From Sedimentisphaerales bacterium (GTDB taxonomy: Bacteria; Planctomycetota; Phycisphaerae; Sedimentisphaerales; SM23-30): a stretch of 64,000 nt of DNA. A program made the position numbers and the translations under genes. Numbering within the stretch: the first letter of the stretch is position 1; each line of letters begins with the position of its first letter. The notes below the pieces were generated by a model. It ran no database searches. It had not been told where the DNA came from and saw only the letters and a program-made list of their open reading frames with translations. The stretch is taken from contig CAXXMR010000003.1 of NCBI GenBank assembly GCA_963663805.2, positions 64,001 to 128,000 on the forward strand, read 5' to 3'. Shown piece after piece: positions 52,442-61,608 of the stretch.

Positions 52442-52476
52442 GTCGACCGGCGTGAATAGCGTCGGTCGACTGTTTT
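52442..52476 (+). terminator. Hairpin/terminator between the large exported gene and the phosphodiesterase
   Basis: GTCGACCGGCG/CGTCGGTCGAC stem followed by TGTTTT. Confidence 0.55.
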
Positions 52477-52491
52477 CCGAGAAAGGTATTT

Positions 52492-53412
52492 ATGTTTAGG
52501 CGTATTGTTTTAATGGTATGTGCGGTTTTACTGACGGCGGGTGGGGTTTTTGCCGCTGATGATAAGTTGGCGGGTTTGATAAAGAGTTTTGAGAACGCGT
52601 CGGATGGTAAAGTTCTGGTGGCGGCGCATCGCGGGGACCATAAGCGGCATCCGGAGAATTCGATTCCGGGTCTGGTGTCGGCGGCAGCGTTGGGAGCGGA
52701 CATTGTTGAGCTGGACGTTCGGAAATGTGGTGATGGTCGGTTGGTGCTTATGCATGATCCGAAGATTGACCGGACGACGACGGGTAAAGGCAAGGTGTCG
52801 GAACTGACGTTTGAGGAGATTCGGCGTCATTATCTGAAATACAGCGACGGGCGAGTGTCGTCGGAAAAAGTTCCGTCTCTGGAAGAAGCTCTGGAGGCTT
52901 TGCGGGGCAAGTGTCTGATAAATCTGGACCGTTCGGAGTTTTGTCTGGAAGAATGTCTAGCGCTGGTTCGCGAAAATGGTATGGAAAGGCAGATTATTGT
53001 CAAGGGTTCGAAGGATCTGGATTGGGCCAAAGAGGTTCTGGATAAAAGCGGGACGCGGGCTTATTATGGGCCGATTGTGTTTTGTAAGGATACCGCAGAT
53101 AATGAACGCAGTTTTCAGGAATATGTCAAAGGTGTCGAGCTTTTGAGGCCGGAAATGGTTGAGATTGTTATTTATCAGGAGGACAGTTCTTTGATTTCGG
53201 CTGGGGCGCGGGCGCTGGCGGATAAATATGATGTGCGTATCTGGTGCAATAGTTTGTTTGATGACCACGGCGCGGGGCATGTGGACAGCAAGGCACTGGT
53301 TGACCCGGACGGCAATTGGGGTTGGCTGGTTGAGCAGGGAGTTGATATTATCCAGACGGACGAAATTGAAGCTCTGCTGGCATATTTACGGTCGCGGAAT
53401 TTGCATGATTAG
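52492..53412 (+). CDS. Exported glycerophosphodiester phosphodiesterase (GDPD family)
   Basis: AAHRG, PENS, VELDV, LMHD..IDRTT and IQTD motifs; signal peptide. Confidence 0.92.
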   Translation: MFRRIVLMVCAVLLTAGGVFAADDKLAGLIKSFENASDGKVLVAAHRGDHKRHPENSIPGLVSAAALGADIVELDVRKCGDGRLVLMHDPKIDRTTTGKGKVSELTFEEIRRHYLKYSDGRVSSEKVPSLEEALEALRGKCLINLDRSEFCLEECLALVRENGMERQIIVKGSKDLDWAKEVLDKSGTRAYYGPIVFCKDTADNERSFQEYVKGVELLRPEMVEIVIYQEDSSLISAGARALADKYDVRIWCNSLFDDHGAGHVDSKALVDPDGNWGWLVEQGVDIIQTDEIEALLAYLRSRNLHD

Positions 53413-53670
53413 TGATGGCAGGCAGAAGGCAAAAGGGCACGTTGCCCAAATGGTTGATAATGGTATATACTACGAAAACCAGCCCCTTGCTACGCAAGAA
53501 GCTGCCACCCTCGAAGAAGGCATAAGGCTTTAGGCAAGAGGGTAACGGCGAGGTTTCGCCTTTGGCGAAGTTTTTTATTTTTCCGGCGCCGGCGTTTTGG
53601 GCTTTTGTTGGTGATTAGTTTTAGTTTTGTTGAAAAGTGCCCTGTAAAGAGCCTGGTTAGTGAGTAGTAT

Positions 53671-55035
53671 ATGTTGGATAAGAAGAAATCGGCTCTGAGT
53701 TCATTGTTTGGATTCTGGGCGACGGGTGCGGATAAGTCTGTGATTGAGGATGAGGGGGAGGTTGAACGTCTTTATGTGAGATATCGTCGTCAGATACTGA
53801 TTTTTCTGACGTTTGGTTATGGTTCGTATTATGTCTGCCGGCTGGTGATGTCGGTGGTGAAGAAGCCGCTGATTGACCAGGGGATTTTTTCGCCGACGGA
53901 GCTGGGGATGATTGGGGCGGCGTTGTTTTATGGTTACGCGGTGGGGAAATTTACAAACGGTTTTTTGGCGGACCATTCTAATGCCCGGAAATTTATGGCT
54001 ACAGGTCTGCTGGTTTCGGCGGTGTGTAATATTTTGATGGGGTGTTCGACGGCGTTGAGCGTGTTTATGATTGTCTGGGGGCTTAACGGCTGGTTTCAGG
54101 GTTTTGGGGCGGCTTCGAGTGTGGTTACACTTTCGCACTGGTTCAGTAATCGTGAGCGGGGCGCATTTTATGGGATATGGAGCTCGTCGCACTCGATTGG
54201 TGAAGGTTTGACATTTTTCGGAGTGGCGGTTCTGGTGGAATACTGGGGCTGGCAGAGCGGCTTTATCGGGGCGGGCTTGTTTTGTGGGGCGGCTGCGATT
54301 CTTTTGATAATTTTCCTAAAGGATCGACCGCGCACCTTGGGACTGCCGTCAATCGCGGACTGGAAAAATGACCATGTGGTGCAGGCGAACAAAGACGCTA
54401 CGACTTTTTCGTGCCAGTTAGGAGTGTTTAAGAATCCGGCGGTTTGGGTTTTGGGCGCGGCCAGCGCGACGATGTATATTACCCGTTACGCGGTGAATAA
54501 CTGGGGGATTTTGTATTTGCAGGAGGCGCGGGGGATGAATATTCAATCGGCGGCGACGCTGATGGTTATCAATACGATTGCGGGGATTGGGGGGAGTGTG
54601 GCTTATGGTTTTATTTCTGATAAGCTGTTTGGTGCCAGGCGACCGCCGGTGAATTTGCTTTACGCGCTACTGGAAATCGTCTCTCTGGTTGCGATATTTT
54701 ATTTGCCGCTGGACAGTTACTGGGTATTAGCGGCTGCTTTTGCGGTTTATGGTTTTACTTTGAGCGGACTGCTGGCGGTTCTGGGTGGTCTTTTCGCGAT
54801 AGATATTGTATCGAAAAGAGCGTCGGGTGCGGTACTGGGATTTGTGGGAATTTTCAGTTATATTGGGGCGGCGTTTCAGGAGCAGGTGAGCGGCTGGCTG
54901 ATAGAACGTAATTCGGAAATGGTTGACGGGGTGATGAAATATGATTTTTCCGAGCCGATAATGTTCTGGATAGGCGCTTCGGTTGTGTCGATGATTTTAG
55001 CTGCGTTTTTGTGGAAGGTTCGGATGCAGGATTAA
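53671..55035 (+). CDS. MFS organophosphate:Pi antiporter (GlpT/UhpC family)
   Basis: YYVCR, YAVGKF.NG.LADH, NGWFQGFG, WFSNRERG, SHSIG and GFVGIFSYIG motifs. Confidence 0.9.
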   Translation: MLDKKKSALSSLFGFWATGADKSVIEDEGEVERLYVRYRRQILIFLTFGYGSYYVCRLVMSVVKKPLIDQGIFSPTELGMIGAALFYGYAVGKFTNGFLADHSNARKFMATGLLVSAVCNILMGCSTALSVFMIVWGLNGWFQGFGAASSVVTLSHWFSNRERGAFYGIWSSSHSIGEGLTFFGVAVLVEYWGWQSGFIGAGLFCGAAAILLIIFLKDRPRTLGLPSIADWKNDHVVQANKDATTFSCQLGVFKNPAVWVLGAASATMYITRYAVNNWGILYLQEARGMNIQSAATLMVINTIAGIGGSVAYGFISDKLFGARRPPVNLLYALLEIVSLVAIFYLPLDSYWVLAAAFAVYGFTLSGLLAVLGGLFAIDIVSKRASGAVLGFVGIFSYIGAAFQEQVSGWLIERNSEMVDGVMKYDFSEPIMFWIGASVVSMILAAFLWKVRMQD

Positions 55036-55064
55036 CGGCAATATTATATAAGGGCAATATAGAG

Positions 55065-58000
55065 ATGAAGATGGGCTGGTTAGTGGTTTTGGGGATGATA
55101 CTGTTTGGGTCGACTGCCTGGGGCAGTGATTATGATGTTTACTGGGTTGGCGGTGGTGGGGAGTACTGGGATGTCGAGGCGAACTGGCAGCAAGGGGCTG
55201 AGAGTCTGGGCTGGGGCATTCCGGGGATGGTGACTGAGGGGCAGGAGTGGAACTCCAATAAGGGGTTCGCTCTTATCGAAAGCAGCCAGGCAGTTCTGGA
55301 TGGTTTGCACAGTCCCAATGGCAGGATTGAGCGGGTTTATATCGGCGGGTCGGCGGGGAGTAGTCTGGTAAATGATGGGGGTGATAATACGTGTTATAAG
55401 TTTTTTACGGCGAGCGAGGCCGGCTGGATCGGTGAATATTGGCAGACGGCAGGGACCTGGACGGTTGATAGTTATACCTATTTTGGGCAGGGGGCCAATA
55501 GTGAATTTGTGATGACTCTTCAGGGTGGGGTGTTTGAAACGAATGATTATGTTTATGCGCCCTCGGCGGAGGTTTCCGGTTCGGATACGACCATCAATGT
55601 CGCAGGTGGTACGTTTCGGCTGAACTCAAATCTTTACGCGGGTAACCGGGCAGGGTGTGAGACGGTGATAAATCTATCGGCGGGTTTGATAGAGCATAAC
55701 GGGGCGAATTTTTGTCTGTCTAATCGCGGGGACGCTTATCTAAATATCAGCGGCGGTTTATTTCAGACTAACGCCCTTGACCGGCTTCGGGTTGGCTGGG
55801 CAGAGGGTGGTGAAGGTCATATAAAAATCAGCGGGGGCAGTTTTGATGTTAATAAAGAGCTGGCATTGCATCGGGGAAGTTTGCATGTTTATGGTTCGCA
55901 GATAAGCCAGATAGATATTGCCAAACTGCTCTGTGTGGATGGTGCGGGGGAAATTCTGGAGTTTACGCTGGATAGCGGTGGGGTTACTCCGATGGTGATT
56001 ACGGATGACATAGTGGGCAATACCGGGGCGGATTTGGATGACTGTACGCTCAAGATAAATGTTACGGCTGATTTCGCGGTGAGTGCGGGCTGCCGGGTGG
56101 TGGTTTTGTCGGCGTCTTCGATAATTACCGACGGCAGGCTTTCGATAGTGAATACGGACGATGTTTATCGTTTTGGCTATGAGATAGAATACGACAGCGG
56201 GACGGGGCGTTATAATCTGGTGCTGGTTTTGCAGGATGATGAATTTACCTGGGTTGGCGGGCAGGGATACTGGGATGATGGGGCGAACTGGAGCGATTAT
56301 GTGGTGCCGGGTTCGCAGAGTAATGCTTTCGTGCGGGATGGCCTGGTGATGATACCCTTGCTGGGGACATGCCGGGCAAACACTCTGTCGATAGATGACG
56401 CGACGCTGGCAATGGATTATGGTACGTTGCGGCTTACGTCTGATTTGTACGCCGGCTGCGAGGATGGTTCTCAGGTTGTGATAGACCAGACCGGCGGTAA
56501 TCTGGAGGTCGGAGGGCTGGTGAGTCTGGGGTATGACGGCTCGGAATCAATTGATGCGAGTTATAATATAAGCGGCGGCAGTTTGGCTATAGGGGGAGAT
56601 GTGATGGTGGGTGGATTCAATAACAATGGTGACTATGTTCAGTCGGGGGGGGCGGCGGTTATTGGTGGGAATTTATGCTGCGGCTGTGACGGCGGATTTG
56701 GAGTGGTTGAGGTTTCAGGCGGTTCGCTGGAGGTTGATGGTTATACGGTAATTCGAGACGGCGAGTTTCGGGTGCTGGGTTCGACGATAGATTCTGTTCG
56801 GCTAAACCGGCTGGATATGGAAAATGAGGCGTATTCGATTTTTGTGGCCGGAATTGATGCCGGTGGGGTGACTACGGTTGATATAGTTGGTGATTATGTG
56901 AAACTGGATGGGGCGCGGATACGGGTTGAGCCTTTGGCGGGTTACGCGGCGAAATATGGCGACACTTTTGACATAATCCGTATCCCGGCGACTAAAACTG
57001 TTCGGCTGGTGGATACGGAAGTTGAGTCGGCGACAGGGCAGAAATATACCGCCGCGCTGGTTTACAGCAATGGATATAAATATATCCGTTTGACGGTGGC
57101 GAGTCATTCGCTGCCGATGACGGTATTTCGTTATCGTTCGTATATCGAGGACAGGCCGGCTTCGGTTTCGGAAACGGTTTCGACGATTAGTCACAGTGCA
57201 GGGACCAGTGATATTATAACTTACGACAGGGGGGAGGGGTTTAATGATTTTTATTGTACACGGTTTGATGGTAGTGATTATCTGCGGGCGGTTGGGCCTG
57301 TTGGCACGTTTGACCATGTGCTGCCGGTTGAGCAGTTGGGGGCGGGGTATTCCGATTCGTTTACGGTGGAAGTTTGGTTTCGTCCTGACGGCACCAGTGG
57401 AACGCAGACGCTTTTGTCTAACCTGGATGACGGTGGGTTCGCGTTGAAAATTACAGATGGTCAGTTGCGCGGTGAGTGTGTGTTCAGTGGTTCTGACGGC
57501 GGCGGGGCGGTTAGTCATGACATTGCGGGCGGTTTGGTAGAGGCGGACGTTTGGTATCATGCGGCGTTTGTGGTGAAAAAGGGGCAGGCGGACGATTATG
57601 AATTGCGGCTTTATCTTGACGAGCGGTTGGCGGTGCGGGAAAGAGTAACGGGTTACGCCGGTGTTGTGCAGAGCGAGGCATGTCTGATGATGGGATCGCG
57701 GCCTGTTGATGATGGACCGGCGGGGGAATATTTCACGGGTTATATTCACGCGGGTCTGATAAGCAATTATGCCAAGAGTGAGGTATATCTGACTTCGCAA
57801 TGTTTGCGGGACGGCAGCAGTTATCTGGGGATGACGGATTGCCATGACTATCTGGACGCTCATAAAGGTTTTGATATTCGGCTTGATGAAAATTTTGCCA
57901 GATACAGTGATTTAGGCAGATATATGGGTAAGCGTTATCTGTTTCCTCTGATAGATGACGGCTATGTTCCGCAGGCGATAGCGTTTGATGGTGTCGATAA

Positions 58001-58958
58001 GATATATGTTTCCTGCTTTTGGTATGATGTTGATTTGTCAAAATATGAATATCCTTCGGTTCTGGCAGAGTTGACCACGGAAGGGCGTTTGCTGAGGGTT
58101 ATGCAGTTGTTCAAGCCGGACGGTTCTGATTTTGTCTGGCACAGCGGCGGTATTGCGTATTATGACGGACGCATTTATATTGTGGGCAGTAACGATATTT
58201 GTCGCTTTACGCTGGATGCTAACAGCTCTAATATTATCAATCCTCAGACGTTGGCCAATATTCGTCATGACGCGAATCCTTTGGTTGCCGATGCGATATA
58301 TTATAATCTGAATTTGAGTCCCAATCTAAGCATGGGCGGGGCGTCGATGGCCTGTGATTCGGATGGTACGCCTCTTTTGTGGACTACCGAGTTTTCGGCG
58401 GATTCTTATCGGTATCTCATTGCTCATGAGATTGCTCCGAATGGTTCAATCAGTACGACTCAGGCCCCCAGGTATGTGTTTAGTCTGCCGGTGTTCAGCG
58501 TTCAGGGTATTAGCTGTTATGAGATTAGCGATACCCAGATTCGCGTTTATTTTTCACAGAGTACCGGTGATAATCCAAGCTATGTTTACGACGTGCTTTA
58601 CAATAAGTCCAGCATCGCAATAGGGGAGGTAAGCACGATTTTTACCTGTCCCGGCGGTATTCAGGCGCTGACGATGATAGGCGACGGGCTTTGGTCGGTG
58701 GCTGAGTCGGGTTCGAAAGTTTTCCAGAAGCGTGTCGAGGATTATTGGCGGGAGATGTTCCCGTTTGTGTTTTTGATTTCGTTTGGTAATTGCGATGTCA
58801 ATAACGACGGTGCGACAGATATACTGGATTTGTCGGAGCTTGTCTATCAGTGGTTGGGAGAGCCATTGGTGCCTTCGGCGGATATTTATCCAGAAGCCGG
58901 CGACGGGGTGGTTGATTTGTATGATTTTGTAGAGTTCGGCAATTGCTGGCTTATGTAG
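55065..58958 (+). CDS. Large exported protein, N-terminal paralog of the 48079 gene, with LamG, propeller-like domain and dockerin-like tail
   Basis: Shares ERxYxGG, NFC, ALHRG and LCVDGAGE.LEF blocks with the 48079 gene; also SFTVEVWFRP, YVPQAI, HSGGIAY and CDVNNDGATDILDL. Confidence 0.85.
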   Translation: MKMGWLVVLGMILFGSTAWGSDYDVYWVGGGGEYWDVEANWQQGAESLGWGIPGMVTEGQEWNSNKGFALIESSQAVLDGLHSPNGRIERVYIGGSAGSSLVNDGGDNTCYKFFTASEAGWIGEYWQTAGTWTVDSYTYFGQGANSEFVMTLQGGVFETNDYVYAPSAEVSGSDTTINVAGGTFRLNSNLYAGNRAGCETVINLSAGLIEHNGANFCLSNRGDAYLNISGGLFQTNALDRLRVGWAEGGEGHIKISGGSFDVNKELALHRGSLHVYGSQISQIDIAKLLCVDGAGEILEFTLDSGGVTPMVITDDIVGNTGADLDDCTLKINVTADFAVSAGCRVVVLSASSIITDGRLSIVNTDDVYRFGYEIEYDSGTGRYNLVLVLQDDEFTWVGGQGYWDDGANWSDYVVPGSQSNAFVRDGLVMIPLLGTCRANTLSIDDATLAMDYGTLRLTSDLYAGCEDGSQVVIDQTGGNLEVGGLVSLGYDGSESIDASYNISGGSLAIGGDVMVGGFNNNGDYVQSGGAAVIGGNLCCGCDGGFGVVEVSGGSLEVDGYTVIRDGEFRVLGSTIDSVRLNRLDMENEAYSIFVAGIDAGGVTTVDIVGDYVKLDGARIRVEPLAGYAAKYGDTFDIIRIPATKTVRLVDTEVESATGQKYTAALVYSNGYKYIRLTVASHSLPMTVFRYRSYIEDRPASVSETVSTISHSAGTSDIITYDRGEGFNDFYCTRFDGSDYLRAVGPVGTFDHVLPVEQLGAGYSDSFTVEVWFRPDGTSGTQTLLSNLDDGGFALKITDGQLRGECVFSGSDGGGAVSHDIAGGLVEADVWYHAAFVVKKGQADDYELRLYLDERLAVRERVTGYAGVVQSEACLMMGSRPVDDGPAGEYFTGYIHAGLISNYAKSEVYLTSQCLRDGSSYLGMTDCHDYLDAHKGFDIRLDENFARYSDLGRYMGKRYLFPLIDDGYVPQAIAFDGVDKIYVSCFWYDVDLSKYEYPSVLAELTTEGRLLRVMQLFKPDGSDFVWHSGGIAYYDGRIYIVGSNDICRFTLDANSSNIINPQTLANIRHDANPLVADAIYYNLNLSPNLSMGGASMACDSDGTPLLWTTEFSADSYRYLIAHEIAPNGSISTTQAPRYVFSLPVFSVQGISCYEISDTQIRVYFSQSTGDNPSYVYDVLYNKSSIAIGEVSTIFTCPGGIQALTMIGDGLWSVAESGSKVFQKRVEDYWREMFPFVFLISFGNCDVNNDGATDILDLSELVYQWLGEPLVPSADIYPEAGDGVVDLYDFVEFGNCWLM

Positions 58959-59014
58959 CCCAGGCGTTCAGCCAACCAGGTTTTTCAGGCGGTAAAACGT
59001 CTCGAAAAACCATA

Positions 59015-59612
59015 AATCAATGACCACCAGCAGAGCCGGTGGTATGAGGAAGGCCCCTAAAAGGGGCCATTACAGTTAGTCTAATCCTTTTTCATTATTT
59101 TGCTCATGTTTATCCTGATCTTGAATGTACTTACGAATATAGGCTTCATCAAGACCAACGGTACTTACACAATAGCCGCGAGCCCAAAAACTGCGGCCAA
59201 AAAGAGTGCCTTTGGTACGCATCAGATCACGAGAAATACGGATGGCACTTTTACCTTTGAGATAACCGATTGTCATGGCGATGCTGTATTTGGGCGGAAC
59301 ACTCAGGAGCATATGAATATGATCTGCCATGGCGTTACCCTCTATAAGCTCTATCCCGTGTTGGCGACACAGTTCTCGCAATATCGCACCTATTTCCTTT
59401 CGCAACTTACCAAATATTGCTTTGCGACGATATTTGGGTACAATAACAACATGATACTTACAGTCCCATTTTACATGGGCCTGACTCTGCCAGTCTTTCA
59501 TAGTGTCCTCCTTGACCCCAGGAGCCTTCCTCAAGGAGGACCATTGTAACGCACTTAACGGCAGAGCCTTATAAATTCTCACCGGCAGAGCCGGTGGATT
59601 AACTTGGATTTA
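59015..59612 (-). mobile_element. IS200-type element (tnpA only); bounds approximate
   Basis: Subterminal hairpins ACCACCAGC-AGA-GCCGGTGGT (59023-59043) and CACCGGC-AGA-GCCGGTG (59580-59596) flank tnpA. Confidence 0.85.
59076..59501 (-). CDS. tnpA: IS200/IS605 Y1 HUH transposase
   Basis: YHVVIVPKYRRK, DHIHM (HUH), KGKS, FWARGY and YIQDQ motifs. Confidence 0.95.
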   Translation of the reverse strand: MKDWQSQAHVKWDCKYHVVIVPKYRRKAIFGKLRKEIGAILRELCRQHGIELIEGNAMADHIHMLLSVPPKYSIAMTIGYLKGKSAIRISRDLMRTKGTLFGRSFWARGYCVSTVGLDEAYIRKYIQDQDKHEQNNEKGLD

Positions 59613-59764
59613 ACTCCAAAGTGTGAGATGTGGGGTTGTTATGTTACGTGACTGAAGTGTAAGTCAGAACATTAGCAAGAGTAAAAAACTGGGTGCGTAT
59701 AAAGCTGATTTTTGACCAAATATGGCTGATTATAAAGCAAAGATAAACTCAATTTGCAAAATCA

Positions 59765-59945
59765 ATGAACTGTACCGGTTCCTATTGTGTCGATGCTGAT
59801 CATATGGGTCTCAAAAACGTTGACTTTTTTATGGAAGCCAGTGTTTTCACGCTGGACGTAGCTGATTTCATGGGCAAGTCTGCCAGCGACCAGGCCGTCG
59901 CCGAGTTTGTTCGCGGATGTGAAAAATATATCGGCGTACGTTTTC
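59765..59945 (+). pseudogene. Internal fragment of a tagaturonate epimerase-like (UxaE) gene
   Basis: YCVDADHMGLKNVDFF..SVFTLDVADFMG resembles the UxaE DADH...TxDV segment. Confidence 0.55.
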
Positions 59946-60227
59946 ACCGCCTCGGGCATTCCGCCGACAAGGAAATAGTGCTTTAGCTCACGAATAATAT
60001 CCTGTTGTGATGGCTATAATATTGCCGGCCATATCTTCAACAATGAAATCTACCTCGTGTACTTGACGTTCTTCTTTCGCTTGTGCTGCTTCAGGTACAT
60101 GCACATATTATCGCAGAGGAAAAACACCTTGCAATAGGCCAGGTCTGTACCAGAGTCAATATCGAACTCCAATCGCCGCTCACAACTCAAAACCACAGAA
60201 AATATTTTTTTTAACGCTTTTAGCCAC

Positions 60228-60247
60228 TAAGTGAGAAATTGGGGTTA
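60228..60247 (-). repeat. 20-bp motif TAACCCCAATTTCTCACTTA (copy B)
   Basis: Exact inverted copy of 19727-19746. Confidence 0.85.
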
Positions 60248-60318
60248 AGCCACAAGCTCTTTACTGCTGCCCTTGAATCGCAAAAGCAGGGAGAGACTAT
60301 TGTGCTATAACCGTGATA

Positions 60319-61527
60319 TTATAGTAATTGTGAGAGAAAAGTTTTCGCCGGTACAATCATGGGGCAATCTCGAGGTGAAAAACAATTAGCATCAACATAG
60401 TCGGTGTCTACAACAACTTGAAATGCAAATGGTGCCTTTGTTTGTTTCTGGAAGAATTTCAAGGACGGGCTCACAGTTTTGTCGGCATATTTAACCTCGG
60501 CAAGAAACCAGGGGTGTCCATCTTTGATGACAACAAAGTCTACTTCTCGTTGATTTCTATCTCTTAAATATCCAAGCTGAAAATTGCCAAGTCCCATATC
60601 GTTCCAGCCTTCTACGGCTTTTAAGAGGTGGCAGGCGACAAAGGTTTCTGCTTTTTCTCCAATATCTTCAATTGCCGACCAGTCTCGAAGGAACCATTTG
60701 GGTTCTTTCCTGAGTGAACGTGAAATATTTTTAAACCAGGGCCTGACCAGAAAACCTAGATGCAAATTACAGAGGGTGGTTGTCCAGCGACGAACGGTAT
60801 CAACAGAAACTTGTATTTCGGAGGCCAGATTACTGTAAATAAGCTGATGGCCCGAACGTGCCGCAAGCAATCTTACTAAAAGTTCAAGTTGGTCCAATTG
60901 ATGAATTTGAGTTAAATCTCGAACATCCTCACGGAGCAGCTGTTGTGACCGAAGGTTTTGCCATCGCTTGCTGAATCGACTGTCTCTTTTAAGAAATGGC
61001 TCGGGATATCCACCATGATTCCAGAGAGCCAAAAAGTCATCGTCACTTATTTGTTTTTGAGTACGGATGATTTTGTCTGAATTTGGCAAGTCTTGACATG
61101 TTGTCTCTGCCACAGAAAACGGATGCATATGATAAAGGAAATATCGCCCCATTAAACTATCGCCGCCGCGACGATAGACATCCATTCGTGAACTGCCGGT
61201 TACCAGAATATTAACATCATTAGCATAGGTGTCGAAAAAACCTTTTAGAAATTGCTTCCAGCGGGCAAATTTATGCAATTCGTCAAATAGGACGACCGGC
61301 TTCGATTGGTTTAGAATGTTAAGTCCTATTTTTTCTGCAACAGCTCCAGGGCCTTTAACTATCAATGCTCGGTTGTCAGTGTTGTCCCAGTTAAGGTATT
61401 GTTCAACAAGATTTCTGCAAGTTGTAGTTTTACCCACCTGCCTTGGGCCGCTGATAAATGCCATCTGCCGTTGAGACGATAGATGTTCTGATAATAGCGA
61501 ATCGTAAAATCTATTTTGAGCATTCAT
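60319..61527 (-). CDS. AAA+ ATPase (AAA_14 + DUF4143-type)
   Basis: GPRQVGKTT, LFDELHK, VTGSS, SLMGR, GGYPEP, KEPKWFLRD and REVDFV...AEVK. A TTGACA-N17-AATAAT promoter (61535-61563) lies just upstream of the ATG. Confidence 0.9.
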   Translation of the reverse strand: MNAQNRFYDSLLSEHLSSQRQMAFISGPRQVGKTTTCRNLVEQYLNWDNTDNRALIVKGPGAVAEKIGLNILNQSKPVVLFDELHKFARWKQFLKGFFDTYANDVNILVTGSSRMDVYRRGGDSLMGRYFLYHMHPFSVAETTCQDLPNSDKIIRTQKQISDDDFLALWNHGGYPEPFLKRDSRFSKRWQNLRSQQLLREDVRDLTQIHQLDQLELLVRLLAARSGHQLIYSNLASEIQVSVDTVRRWTTTLCNLHLGFLVRPWFKNISRSLRKEPKWFLRDWSAIEDIGEKAETFVACHLLKAVEGWNDMGLGNFQLGYLRDRNQREVDFVVIKDGHPWFLAEVKYADKTVSPSLKFFQKQTKAPFAFQVVVDTDYVDANCFSPRDCPMIVPAKTFLSQLL

Positions 61528-61608
61528 GCCAGCTATTATTAAAGTGTGTCGTAAAATTGTCAAGGTCATTTTTTGATATATCGTATTTTGGTCTAGAGAA
61601 TGTCATGT

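Noticed and set aside
59076..59612. IS605-type element with RNA-guided TnpB
   Set aside because: Only tnpA lies between the hairpins. The gene named tnpB at 32213 is the unrelated IS66 accessory protein.
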